A DNA stretch of 64,000 nt, taken from contig CAYFHS010000001.1 of NCBI GenBank assembly GCA_964342815.1, positions 115,849 to 179,848 on the forward strand, written 5' to 3'. The DNA is from an uncultured archaeon. GTDB taxonomy: Archaea > Thermoplasmatota > Penumbrarchaeia > JASLWR01. The position numbers and the translations under genes are program-made. Positions 10,018 to 18,963 of the stretch are shown one piece after another. Every line of letters starts with the position of its first letter. Position 1 is the stretch's first letter. A model generated the notes under the pieces. It was not told the DNA's origin and did not search any database. It worked only from the letters and a program-made list of their open reading frames with translations.

Positions 10018-10995
10018 TTATGTCGACGTATCATCATTACCGCTGTATTTGCTGAGATCGAGTATCACCGGCATACCGTCCGCACCCACCGGTACGATGA
10101 AGAATTCAACGTTCGTGTTCGGGTCGCTCAACGCGGACATAAATAGATACTGGAGGTAGACCTGGGAGCTTAGATTTGCGTCAGTGAGATTGAATTGGCT
10201 CTGGATCTTCGCAATTGCTTGGGCACTGCCGTTTGCCTCGATTATCAGCCTTTTTTCTGTGGCATTTGCATTAATCAATGCAACTTTATAATCAGCGGCA
10301 GCATTGGCTTCCTTCTTTTTCACAATCTCTAATTCTTCAAGATATTTATTGTGGGCTTCTAAAATACGAATTGCAGCTTCTTCCCTGTCACGAGATGCCT
10401 GTTGTATATTATTAGGTAAATCGATATTACGCAGAGCTACCTCTTCAATAATTATATGATATTCTATTAAATACTCTTCTAAATCATCGCTAACTTGTGT
10501 CTGGATTTTAGATTTCTCTTTGTTGATATCAATGCCAGAATAACTTTCCTCGGCTATAATCTGCCTTACCTTGGATCGCAAACGCTGTATAATCTTTGTA
10601 TCTACATAATCAGGGTTATTAACAATCAGATCCCCCATATTTTTCTTATCTAAATTGTAAACGACTTGAAAATCCATCGGTACATTATATCCGCTACCAT
10701 CGTCTTCAATCGATGTAACAATAACGGTTTCTTTAATAGTTTGCGTATTATATCGATATGTCTTCATAGTTGAGAGAGGATTCTTTAACAGCCACCCGCT
10801 GTCTTTCTGGGTACCTATGTTCATACCGTTCGTGTAGACTCCCACATGACCAGCTGGAACTTGTCTTATGCTCAATGCCAAAAAGATTATCAGAAGAATA
10901 AATACAACTGCAGAAACTATTGCAAATGTCGACTTATTCCGATTGTCATCCACACCCTGTGGAATTACCTTTCTTTTAACAGTTCTTTTCTCCAT
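10018..10995 (-). CDS. SPFH/prohibitin (band 7) family membrane protein
   Basis: N-terminal TM, then QVPAGHVGV..., LIEYHIIIEEVALRNIDLP, and a coiled-coil ending ANATEKRLIIEANGSAQA. Confidence 0.85.
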   Translation of the reverse strand: MEKRTVKRKVIPQGVDDNRNKSTFAIVSAVVFILLIIFLALSIRQVPAGHVGVYTNGMNIGTQKDSGWLLKNPLSTMKTYRYNTQTIKETVIVTSIEDDGSGYNVPMDFQVVYNLDKKNMGDLIVNNPDYVDTKIIQRLRSKVRQIIAEESYSGIDINKEKSKIQTQVSDDLEEYLIEYHIIIEEVALRNIDLPNNIQQASRDREEAAIRILEAHNKYLEELEIVKKKEANAAADYKVALINANATEKRLIIEANGSAQAIAKIQSQFNLTDANLSSQVYLQYLFMSALSDPNTNVEFFIVPVGADGMPVILDLSKYSGNDDTST

Positions 10996-11350
10996 TTTTT
11001 CACCTATTCCGTAGAAAACATTTTTTGAAACGAGAAGGATTTTCGCCGTTTTTTACCCAACTCATCCTCTCAAAATATACATCATGAGTAACGGCTTACA
11101 ATGTTAAAATATTTTGGTCTTCCTTTTACAGCTTACAACGATGCTTGAAGACACCGTGGAAGTTCGGGAATATGATAAAAAATCATAAATAAAATGTTGG
11201 TAATGAGATTTCAGCTATCTAAGTTCTGACTAATTGGAAAAAGGCACGGTTAACGGTGAATATCACTGCTTTAATGTCCCTCAAAGTCCTTCAGCCAGAA
11301 ATTGCTTGGTTCGAACATGAGATTTTCCTCAAGTATAGAAAGGTGGAAAT

Positions 11351-13348
11351 ATGGTAAAGAGATGCCCCGAATGCGATGCGGTTGTAAGGCCGCCGTATAA
11401 AAAATGTGATGAATGTGGTTATTCACCCCGGAAGGGTAAATCCGAGAAAAGCCCTTCGAGAAGGGAGCGAGAATCCGAACGGGGACGAAGACCCCCAAGG
11501 GAAGGCCGGGAAAAGCCCAGGAGAGGAAAGAGACCTCCCAGGGATGAAGAAGAGGAAAAGCCCAGGAGAGGAAAGAGACCTCCCAGGGATGAAGAAGAGG
11601 AAAAACCCAGGCGGGGACGCAGACCTCCCAGAGATGAAGAAGAGGAAAAACCCAGGCGGGGACGCAGACCACCCAGGGACGAAGGAGAGGGAAAGCCCAG
11701 GCGGGGGCGCAGACCTCCCAGGGACGAAGAAGAGGAAAGCCCCAGGCGGGGACGTAAACCCCCAAGGGAAGGCCGTGGAAAGCCCAAGCGGGGTGGAAGA
11801 CCTCCCAGGGACGAGCGCGAAGGAAAATCCAGGCGGGGTAAACCAGAGAGAAAAGAGAAACCACCTCCCAAATATGATCCCGAGAAGGACCCGAAGGTAA
11901 AGGAATATGATGAGGAGATACAGAAGATTGGAGAAGAGATCGAGGCAATGAAAGAAGAACTGGAAGGAAAAAAGGCAGCCTTGAAGGTCGGCGAGGAGGA
12001 TCTGAGCAAGAAAAAGAATGATTACGAGGAACTTAAAAAAGAGAAAGAGGAAATAGAAGACGATATCCAAACGGAGATGACCTGTCCCAAATGCAGTACA
12101 ACGGTCGATGTTCCTGATACCAGGGAGGACACGCTGCACCTGAAATGCGACGAATGCGGAGCAAAGGGTCGGCTGCCCAATCCCAACAAGGACACTTATC
12201 TTGACCTGGAAGATGTGGAGGAGGAGCTAAAAGGGGCAAAGAAACCTTTGGATGAAGCTGAAAGCAAGGTCTCGGAACTTCGGGATGGAATCAACGATAC
12301 TGAATCAAAGATAGATAATCGTTCGAATGAGCTTGAAATGAAAAAAGAGGAGAAGGAAGAATATATCAAGGAACATGGAAGGTCGGCACCGGTAGAGAGA
12401 GAACCACCGAAGGAAAGGAGAAAACCGCGGGAACCTGAAGAGGAAGAAGAGGAAGAAGAGGAGGACGAAGAAGATGTTGAGCAAGCTGAAGAAGATGCAT
12501 TTTGCCCAATGTGTTACGCCGACCTTACCGAGCCTCCCTTTGACAAGTGTCCCTCGTGCGGATGGGAGGAGGAAAAGGATTATTCTGACGAACCCAGTGC
12601 CTATGATGCATACCAGTATGATGAGCCTGCATATGAAGAACCGCGAGATGAATTCGGTTCCTCTCTGGACAATGCCGGGGACTATGACCCGGAAAGTAGA
12701 AGGAAAGCCTCGAAGGATCATTATCAGGTAGACTGCAGGTGCGGAGAAAAAATAGATATTTGGACGTCCAAACGGCCGGCCAAGATCAAATGCGATCACT
12801 GCGGTGCCAAGGGAATGCTTAAGGGAATGGGTAAGAAAGTAAGCGAGGACTATCACGGAGAGTTCAGATATGAGAAACCGGAAAAGCAGGAAGAAAGGTC
12901 TCGGGATGAAAGGCCGAAAGACGTTTTATTCTGCGGTGAGTGTGGGGCCCGAAATGTAAATAACAAATTCTGCTCCGAATGCGGCGGATCCCTTTCTAAG
13001 GAAGAAAAACCACCCAAACCCGAAAGGAAAAAGGGAAGGAGACCACCCCGCGGCAAGGGAGGAAAAAGACGGCCCGGAGGTAAAGGCCGGAGACGTGCTC
13101 CACCTGCGAAAGAGAGCAAAATGAGCTTTGAAGAGATGGAAGAGAAGGCCGTGGATATACTGGTTAAGCTTGAAAAACTGCTTGATAAGGGATCTGAGAA
13201 GAACATTTATTTCCCCGAGATCGAGGACGAGATGGACGGGCTGGAGGAAGAGATTGAAAAAGCCCGGGATCCGGATGATCTGAAAAAGGTCATCGACCGT
13301 GCCAAACAGCTCGGAAGCAAGGTGAACAAGCGACTCAAGAGAGGATAA
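11351..13348 (+). CDS. Hypothetical cytoplasmic protein: multiple Zn ribbons, Arg/Pro/Glu tandem repeats and coiled coils
   Basis: 665-aa ORF with five double-CxxC-type modules (CPEC..CDEC, CPKC..CDEC, CPMC..CPSC, CRC..CDHC, CGEC..CSEC), highly charged, no TM segment. Confidence 0.8.
   Translation: MVKRCPECDAVVRPPYKKCDECGYSPRKGKSEKSPSRRERESERGRRPPREGREKPRRGKRPPRDEEEEKPRRGKRPPRDEEEEKPRRGRRPPRDEEEEKPRRGRRPPRDEGEGKPRRGRRPPRDEEEESPRRGRKPPREGRGKPKRGGRPPRDEREGKSRRGKPERKEKPPPKYDPEKDPKVKEYDEEIQKIGEEIEAMKEELEGKKAALKVGEEDLSKKKNDYEELKKEKEEIEDDIQTEMTCPKCSTTVDVPDTREDTLHLKCDECGAKGRLPNPNKDTYLDLEDVEEELKGAKKPLDEAESKVSELRDGINDTESKIDNRSNELEMKKEEKEEYIKEHGRSAPVEREPPKERRKPREPEEEEEEEEEDEEDVEQAEEDAFCPMCYADLTEPPFDKCPSCGWEEEKDYSDEPSAYDAYQYDEPAYEEPRDEFGSSLDNAGDYDPESRRKASKDHYQVDCRCGEKIDIWTSKRPAKIKCDHCGAKGMLKGMGKKVSEDYHGEFRYEKPEKQEERSRDERPKDVLFCGECGARNVNNKFCSECGGSLSKEEKPPKPERKKGRRPPRGKGGKRRPGGKGRRRAPPAKESKMSFEEMEEKAVDILVKLEKLLDKGSEKNIYFPEIEDEMDGLEEEIEKARDPDDLKKVIDRAKQLGSKVNKRLKRG
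11480..11850 (+). repeat. Intragenic 45-bp tandem repeat, ~8 degenerate copies encoding KPRRG(K/R)RPPRDEEEE
   Basis: Units start near 11512, 11557, 11602, 11647, 11692 and 11737; the flanking copies are shorter or more diverged. Confidence 0.9.
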
Positions 13349-13353
13349 TTATA

Positions 13354-13584
13354 ATGGACGAGGAAGTGGAAACTGCACAAATGGACCATGACGATTACTT
13401 CGACCCAAGTGTCGGTACCGAAGGTCCAGAGTTCTCTGTGGGGCAGTACTTTTCCTCAGTGGCCAAAAGGGGAGTAAAGGAAACCCTGACCGATGGGGCT
13501 ATGGAACCCCACGCCCATCTCATTTCGCTGCTTCTGGTAGTGCTGGTTATCGCCATGGTTGCGGGAGTGCTCTTTATAATATAA
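13354..13584 (+). CDS. Small membrane protein
   Basis: 76 aa, starts 5 nt after the previous stop, acidic N-terminus and one C-terminal TM helix. Confidence 0.65.
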   Translation: MDEEVETAQMDHDDYFDPSVGTEGPEFSVGQYFSSVAKRGVKETLTDGAMEPHAHLISLLLVVLVIAMVAGVLFII

Positions 13585-13609
13585 ATATTGCTTCTGACGT
13601 AAATAACTA

Positions 13610-14194
13610 CTAACGTCTCCTTTGACGGTACAGCGATGCATCCACCACGGAAAGCATTTCCGGTAGTACATTCTCAGAGGTATCCAAGAAATCACAGATA
13701 CTTTTCAGGTTCTCTACAGGACTTCCAAGGATCTCATTGTAATTCATAAAAAGAACGGCTGTATCGGGTCTTCCTTTCAACAATTCTTTTCGTGCCTTAT
13801 CCATTTTTACAAACGCTTTCCGTGTCACGTCGCGATCATCATCCACCGCCCCTGCCATTTTACTCATGGAATCCAGCACTTCTTCAATATCTCTCGTGCA
13901 GTAAATAATCGAATAGTTACCGGGCGGAAGATATTTCAGACCGTATGCCGTTATCTTCAGGAAACTGCCCCGGTATTTATCAAGAGAAAAGCTGCCGTCC
14001 GCTAAGCGCCCGATTATCTTGCCTCCTTCAAGCTCGTAATAACCCTTGGGATTGTTTTCATCAGGCAAGCGTGAATCGTCGAATGCCACTGGAACCCCCC
14101 CCGAGTGTAAAATCTGCATCATCATTGAAGTTCCCGAGCGCTCCAACCCGGAAACGATGTAGTTTCGGCTCCCGTCCAATACTATTTTCGACAT
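13610..14194 (-). CDS. Sulfotransferase-family (P-loop) protein
   Basis: IVSGLERSGTSMMMQIL resembles the 5'-phosphosulfate-binding loop; NPKGYYE; TRDIEEVLDS. Start MSKIV (14194) follows GGAG; the track starts at 14212. Confidence 0.8.
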   Translation of the reverse strand: MSKIVLDGSRNYIVSGLERSGTSMMMQILHSGGVPVAFDDSRLPDENNPKGYYELEGGKIIGRLADGSFSLDKYRGSFLKITAYGLKYLPPGNYSIIYCTRDIEEVLDSMSKMAGAVDDDRDVTRKAFVKMDKARKELLKGRPDTAVLFMNYNEILGSPVENLKSICDFLDTSENVLPEMLSVVDASLYRQRRR

Positions 14195-14298
14195 ATGTTG
14201 ACTCCAGTTCATTATTCCGCTGCGACTTCCCGCAAATCTATAGAGGACTCTCTGTAATATACGATAAATTAGAAAAAAAGGAAAAAACCTGTATCACC

Positions 14299-15564
14299 CT
14301 ACAGGTTTTTCCAGTCCAGGGTCTTTTTCACAGTTCTTTCTTCGATCCACTTTTTCCCATCGGGGATGTCCTTGAAAACGCAGGAACCCATCGCAACTTC
14401 CACGTCGTCGCCCACCATGGCCCTGTTTCGTATGGTGGCGTTGGCACCGATGGTTGTTCTCTTCCCGATCTTTGCGCCGCCGCACACGATGGCATCTCCC
14501 AATATCAGGGAATCGGATTCCACCTGAACGTTGTGTCCCACATGAGCTCTTGGGCCGATTATGCATCTGTCCCCTATAACTGTGGAATCGGTATCCAGGG
14601 TCCCGCGATCTATGGTGGCATTTGAGCGAATGATGACGTCATCTCCTACCTTTACCTTGCCGAACTGCGGGAATTCCACGATATGGCCGTTCTCATCCCA
14701 GACCGCGCCCACACCCTTTCCGCCTACCACAGCGTTTGCTCCGACATACACCCTCGCACCCAGTTCCACACAGTCGTTTACCACAGCGGTGGGATGGACG
14801 AAGGGTAATTGTTGTTCCGGCACCCGCCCGCTCTCATGGAGCTGTCTTATGAATGCCAATCTCTGGGCTGGAGTGTAACTGCGCTGCTTGAGGCCCAGGA
14901 ATTTCCCTTCGGCCCTTAGTGACTGCGTATGGATGCCGCATTCTCCTCCCTGTTTGATGGTTCCTCTCCATCTTCCGGCTCGCTCCTCTTCATCGTCGTC
15001 GATCAATGCGGTGCACGGCTCGCACCCGAGACTCCGATAGCCCGCTTTGTAGAGTATGTTCTGCGGTATGTCGTAAAGGGCGGAATATTTCCAGATATCC
15101 ATCTCGGTCCATTCCAGGATCGGATTTATTTTGATAAGCTTGTCCCTTTCTTCGAAATACTGGTATTCCCCGCGGGTGCGCCCCTCACCGCGCCGGATAC
15201 CGGCGAACCAGCCATCGAGCCCTAGTTCGGCGATTATCCTCTTCATGGGCTCCACCTTGTAGTGCTGACAGCACATGTGGGGATCGATCTCCCATGGTTT
15301 ACCGTCGATAACCTCATCGGCCTCGACGATGGCAAGGTTCATACCCCATTCGTCCTTCATTCGAATGGCAAATTCCTTTGTTTCTTTTGGTTTATAGGGA
15401 GTTATCGTGAAAAAGATCGGTACATTCTTGTTGACTCTCATCACCAGATGGACCAGAACCATGCTGTCTTTTCCAAAAGAACAACCCACGCCAAGACTAT
15501 CATATTGGTCAAAAGCTTTTCTTATTACTTCTATCGATTTATCTACTTTTTCCTTAAAGTGCAT
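14299..15564 (-). CDS. Fusion of a CysH-type APS/PAPS reductase domain and an LpxD-like left-handed beta-helix acyltransferase domain
   Basis: SFGKDS, CCQHYKVEP, GIRRGE, GYRSLGCEPCT, ERAGRW, ECGIH; then VHPTAVV, FPQFGKVKVGDDV, TIDRGTL, HVGHNV hexapeptide repeats. Confidence 0.85.
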   Translation of the reverse strand: MHFKEKVDKSIEVIRKAFDQYDSLGVGCSFGKDSMVLVHLVMRVNKNVPIFFTITPYKPKETKEFAIRMKDEWGMNLAIVEADEVIDGKPWEIDPHMCCQHYKVEPMKRIIAELGLDGWFAGIRRGEGRTRGEYQYFEERDKLIKINPILEWTEMDIWKYSALYDIPQNILYKAGYRSLGCEPCTALIDDDEEERAGRWRGTIKQGGECGIHTQSLRAEGKFLGLKQRSYTPAQRLAFIRQLHESGRVPEQQLPFVHPTAVVNDCVELGARVYVGANAVVGGKGVGAVWDENGHIVEFPQFGKVKVGDDVIIRSNATIDRGTLDTDSTVIGDRCIIGPRAHVGHNVQVESDSLILGDAIVCGGAKIGKRTTIGANATIRNRAMVGDDVEVAMGSCVFKDIPDGKKWIEERTVKKTLDWKNL

Positions 15565-15635
15565 TCAATGCCCCCGGATTTTTATTAATCAATTGATCTT
15601 TATTATTTATGCCTGTTATCAGTACTTCGGTATTA

Positions 15636-16148
15636 CTATAGTGTATCTCTTATCTTCTTTACGGGATTTCCCGCATAAACGCCCGGACTCGTAATATCCC
15701 TGTTCACGAAAGAATTTGCCCCGACCACTACATTCTCGCATATCCTTGTTCCGGCGGCTATCTTCGTACCGGCTCCGATATATACATTCTTCTCGATCAC
15801 TGCACCGTATCTCGTGTTCCTGTTTGCAAGACCGCCCAGGATGATGGAATTGGGTCCGAAGAATACGTTATCCATAACCCGAACCCCCGTGGTCAATATT
15901 GTTCCGTACTTGAATGTTACATTATCACCGATATGGCAATTCGGGGCAATCCTGATATGGCCCTGGAAAACCACGCCGTTCCCGGCTTTTATGCCGCGAT
16001 AGAGATCGCAGAAATTACCAATGGTAACGTCGTCACCCACGACGATTTCTCTCTCTATGCAGGTGTGATGCCCGATCTTGCAGTTCTTACCATGCTTGAA
16101 ATCATCGGCTATCACATTATACTTTCCTACTTCCATGATCTCACCCAT
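15636..16148 (-). CDS. Hexapeptide-repeat (LbH) acyltransferase, likely sugar N/O-acetyltransferase
   Basis: Continuous [LIV]Gxxxx repeats; C-terminal VGANSFVNRDI...VYAGNPVKKI. Start may be 16136 (GGTGA RBS). Confidence 0.85.
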   Translation of the reverse strand: MGEIMEVGKYNVIADDFKHGKNCKIGHHTCIEREIVVGDDVTIGNFCDLYRGIKAGNGVVFQGHIRIAPNCHIGDNVTFKYGTILTTGVRVMDNVFFGPNSIILGGLANRNTRYGAVIEKNVYIGAGTKIAAGTRICENVVVGANSFVNRDITSPGVYAGNPVKKIRDTL

Positions 16149-16297
16149 GCAGTCGGTTGGGAGGTATATATAATTATTTATATACAGTTTTGGGTATCGA
16201 TCCTCTTGAATATGACTGCAGTTGGACCATGGGGAATTTTATTCAACACAGAGTGGCCGAAATGATATACATTCGGTATTTTTTTCGGTTTTCCGGC

Positions 16298-17473
16298 TTA
16301 TTTCAATAGATCAGCGTAGAGGTCCAAAAGACCCTTTTTTAGTATATTCCACCGGTACTTCGCAAGATAGGCTTTCTTTCCGTTCTTTCCAAGTTTCCGC
16401 CGGAGCGAAGCACTGCCGCCCAATTTTTTTATAGCTTCGGCCAGGGCCTCGACATCATTGTCGGGTACGGTAAGGCCGCACATATTATCCTCCACGACCC
16501 TCCCAGCATTGACGTCGGCGGTGACGATGAGGGGAGTACCGCACATCATTCCAGTGTAAAGCCTGGATTGTTCGGCCCATCGGGATTTTTCGCTGCCGGA
16601 ATCCACCAGAACGTAAAGAATGTCAGCAACAGTGGACCAGGCAAGGACCTCCACGAAAGGTATCGGACCGATATATATTGTATTTTCCGATTCCTCGAAC
16701 ATGGGGACAAGTTCCTTGGCATCCGCACCGGTTCCGGCAACAACGTGCAGAATGTCATTCATGCCTTCAATGGCCTTGAGCAGAAAATCGAATCTCCGCG
16801 CATGTTCCACGCTTCCTCCGTAAAAAATAAGAATTCGGTCACGGAATTTGCGGGGTATCTTCTTCATTACCGTAGATTTTTCCCGATTTACCTTGTCGAT
16901 ATCCACCTCATAGGGTGTGTTTATGAGATAGAGTTTTCTTGCCAGTGCCGGTTTTCCAAGTATTTTATGTTGATACCTGTTAACCATCAGCACCGCTTGA
17001 CTCGCCCGCGCGCCGGCTGCCTCCGCCCGTATCAATAACTTCCCGAAAGGTCCCGGGACCGAGCGCTCGGTCATCTTGCCGTAGACGTCGAATATGTCAT
17101 ATATCACCGGGATACGTTTCATCTTGCCGTACCATAGTGTAGGTAAAAGACAATCAAGGTCGCATGGGTGTATGGCATCAGGCCGGTGTTTCATGAGAAA
17201 ACGGATCGTGAATAACCACCATAACGGTAAAAGCAGAAAGACCAGAGGTGAATTGTACGGTGTCTTCAGATGAAAATAGTGGCAGTCGAAATGATCGTGT
17301 GCCTCTACGTCGGGTTTGCTGCATTCGCGATCCCATGCAAGCACTTTAACCGAATACCCTTCCTCGTCCAGGCTGTTGGCCACCCGCAGAAGTCTGGCTT
17401 CCAGCACGGTGCGGGCCCATACAATAATAATTTTTTTTCCTGAACGATCTTTTTTGTTCGTCAAATCTGCCAC
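16298..17473 (-). CDS. Glycosyltransferase family 4 (GT-B)
   Basis: IHPCDLD, IFYGGSVEHARRFDFLL, YTGMMCGTPLIVT, DNDVEALAEAIKKL...LGKNG...YRW. Confidence 0.88.
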   Translation of the reverse strand: MADLTNKKDRSGKKIIIVWARTVLEARLLRVANSLDEEGYSVKVLAWDRECSKPDVEAHDHFDCHYFHLKTPYNSPLVFLLLPLWWLFTIRFLMKHRPDAIHPCDLDCLLPTLWYGKMKRIPVIYDIFDVYGKMTERSVPGPFGKLLIRAEAAGARASQAVLMVNRYQHKILGKPALARKLYLINTPYEVDIDKVNREKSTVMKKIPRKFRDRILIFYGGSVEHARRFDFLLKAIEGMNDILHVVAGTGADAKELVPMFEESENTIYIGPIPFVEVLAWSTVADILYVLVDSGSEKSRWAEQSRLYTGMMCGTPLIVTADVNAGRVVEDNMCGLTVPDNDVEALAEAIKKLGGSASLRRKLGKNGKKAYLAKYRWNILKKGLLDLYADLLK

Positions 17474-17831
17474 CTATTACAAATTATTCCAGAATGCGGA
17501 ACCCGATCTTTTACCTATTATGGAATATTTGATACACCGTATAATGTTCAAGCTCATTACTTTTTTCCTGCCTTTATCCCATACCCGTCGGTATATGTAA
17601 AGTTGATTTAAAAAACCGCAATTTCTCAAAATCAAAGAAGATTTTAATTTTTCAAAACTCAAGATATACACACCTCGCTCATTAAGGGACACTATGTGAA
17701 AAAAGCTGTTAAAACGGACACCTAACAACGAGATAAAAACATTCACCGAAACGGTATAAGACAAGATTAATATAATAAAAATCAATTTGGGCTCTGAACT
17801 TAATAATCAAGGTACAAAATGGTGATCATAC

Positions 17832-18962
17832 ATGTCAGACGATAAGAAAGCAGACCTGGCTGGTCCGGGTATTAGTACGTACGAGGAAGTGGAGAAGATA
17901 CTTCCTGATAACTACGCTTCGCTTCTGGATGTGAAGGAGACCCAGAAAGCGATATACGACATAAAACAATATATCGAGGAAAATCTGGCCAAGGAATTGA
18001 ACATCATACTGGTCCAGTCCCCTCTCATAGTGGAGGTCGCAAGCGGTATGAACGACATGCTGGACCGAGACGGCTCGCGTACTCCCATCGAGTTCCACTG
18101 CGGTCTCGGCATAAAGGTGCCCATCCATGCTTCAGTGGTGCAGGCAGTGACAAAATGGAAACGCTGGGCTTTGGCTCAGTACAACTGTGAGGTGGGCGAA
18201 GGGATCAACACGGACATGCGGGCCATAAGGAAAGATTATTTCCTGGACCACGACCACAGCTCTTACGTGGACCAGTGGGACTGGGAAAGGGTTATCACAC
18301 CGGAGCAGAGAAACCTCGAATTCCTCACCGAGATAGTGAAGAAGATCTGGAAGGTCATAGTGGGCGCCGAGAGGATGGCTCTCGAAAAATATCCCAAACT
18401 GCGGGATTCCCGGTTCCCACCGCTCCCAGAAGAGCTGGTGTTCATACACGCCGAGGATATGCTGGCAAAATACCCCGACCTCCCCCGAAAACAGCGGGAG
18501 ACCGCTACGATCAAAGAGCACAAGGCGGTGTTCATCTACGGCATCGGATGGGTCCTCGACGACGGATATCCCCACGAAATGAGGGCGGCGGATTATGATG
18601 ATTGGGTCACGGAAACGGTGTCGGCGGACGGCAGGCCCATGCACGGCCTTAACGGGGATATTTTAGTCTGGAACGACGTTACCCAACGTAGGCACGAATT
18701 GACATCAATGGGCGTCAGAGTAACAAAGGACACACTCGTCCAACAGTTAGAGTTGTCTGGCCAGATGCACTATCTTAAGCAGCCGTATCACAGTGCTATC
18801 ATGAACGACGAGATTCCCCTGTCAATAGGCGGAGGAATCGGTCAATCCAGAGTTCAGATGCTTCTTCTAAGAAAAGCTCATCTCGGAGAGGTCAGCGTAA
18901 CCGTTTGGCCAAAGGAACTGAAGGAGATATGCGTAAAAAAGAACATTCACGTACTGGCGTAA
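17832..18962 (+). CDS. asnA: Aspartate--ammonia ligase (AsnA)
   Basis: VVQAVTKWKRWAL, GINTDMRAIRKD, HSSYVDQWDWE, PHEMRAADYDDW, GLNGDILVWN, ELTSMGVRV, SIGGGIGQSR, LLLRKAHLGEV. Confidence 0.93.
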   Translation: MSDDKKADLAGPGISTYEEVEKILPDNYASLLDVKETQKAIYDIKQYIEENLAKELNIILVQSPLIVEVASGMNDMLDRDGSRTPIEFHCGLGIKVPIHASVVQAVTKWKRWALAQYNCEVGEGINTDMRAIRKDYFLDHDHSSYVDQWDWERVITPEQRNLEFLTEIVKKIWKVIVGAERMALEKYPKLRDSRFPPLPEELVFIHAEDMLAKYPDLPRKQRETATIKEHKAVFIYGIGWVLDDGYPHEMRAADYDDWVTETVSADGRPMHGLNGDILVWNDVTQRRHELTSMGVRVTKDTLVQQLELSGQMHYLKQPYHSAIMNDEIPLSIGGGIGQSRVQMLLLRKAHLGEVSVTVWPKELKEICVKKNIHVLA

Positions 18963-18963
18963 A

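Noticed and set aside
11480-11850. CRISPR-like regular repeats
   Set aside because: Contiguous 45-bp units with no unique spacers, in frame within a CDS; no cas genes.
11271-12856. Several long minus-strand ORFs (11271-11948, 11419-12009, 11423-12139, 12305-12856)
   Set aside because: Shadows of the purine-rich repeat gene; stop-free only because of low complexity.
17477-17785. 102-aa minus-strand ORF
   Set aside because: Lies in the AT-rich divergent spacer between GT4 and asnA; no motif or RBS; more likely promoter DNA.
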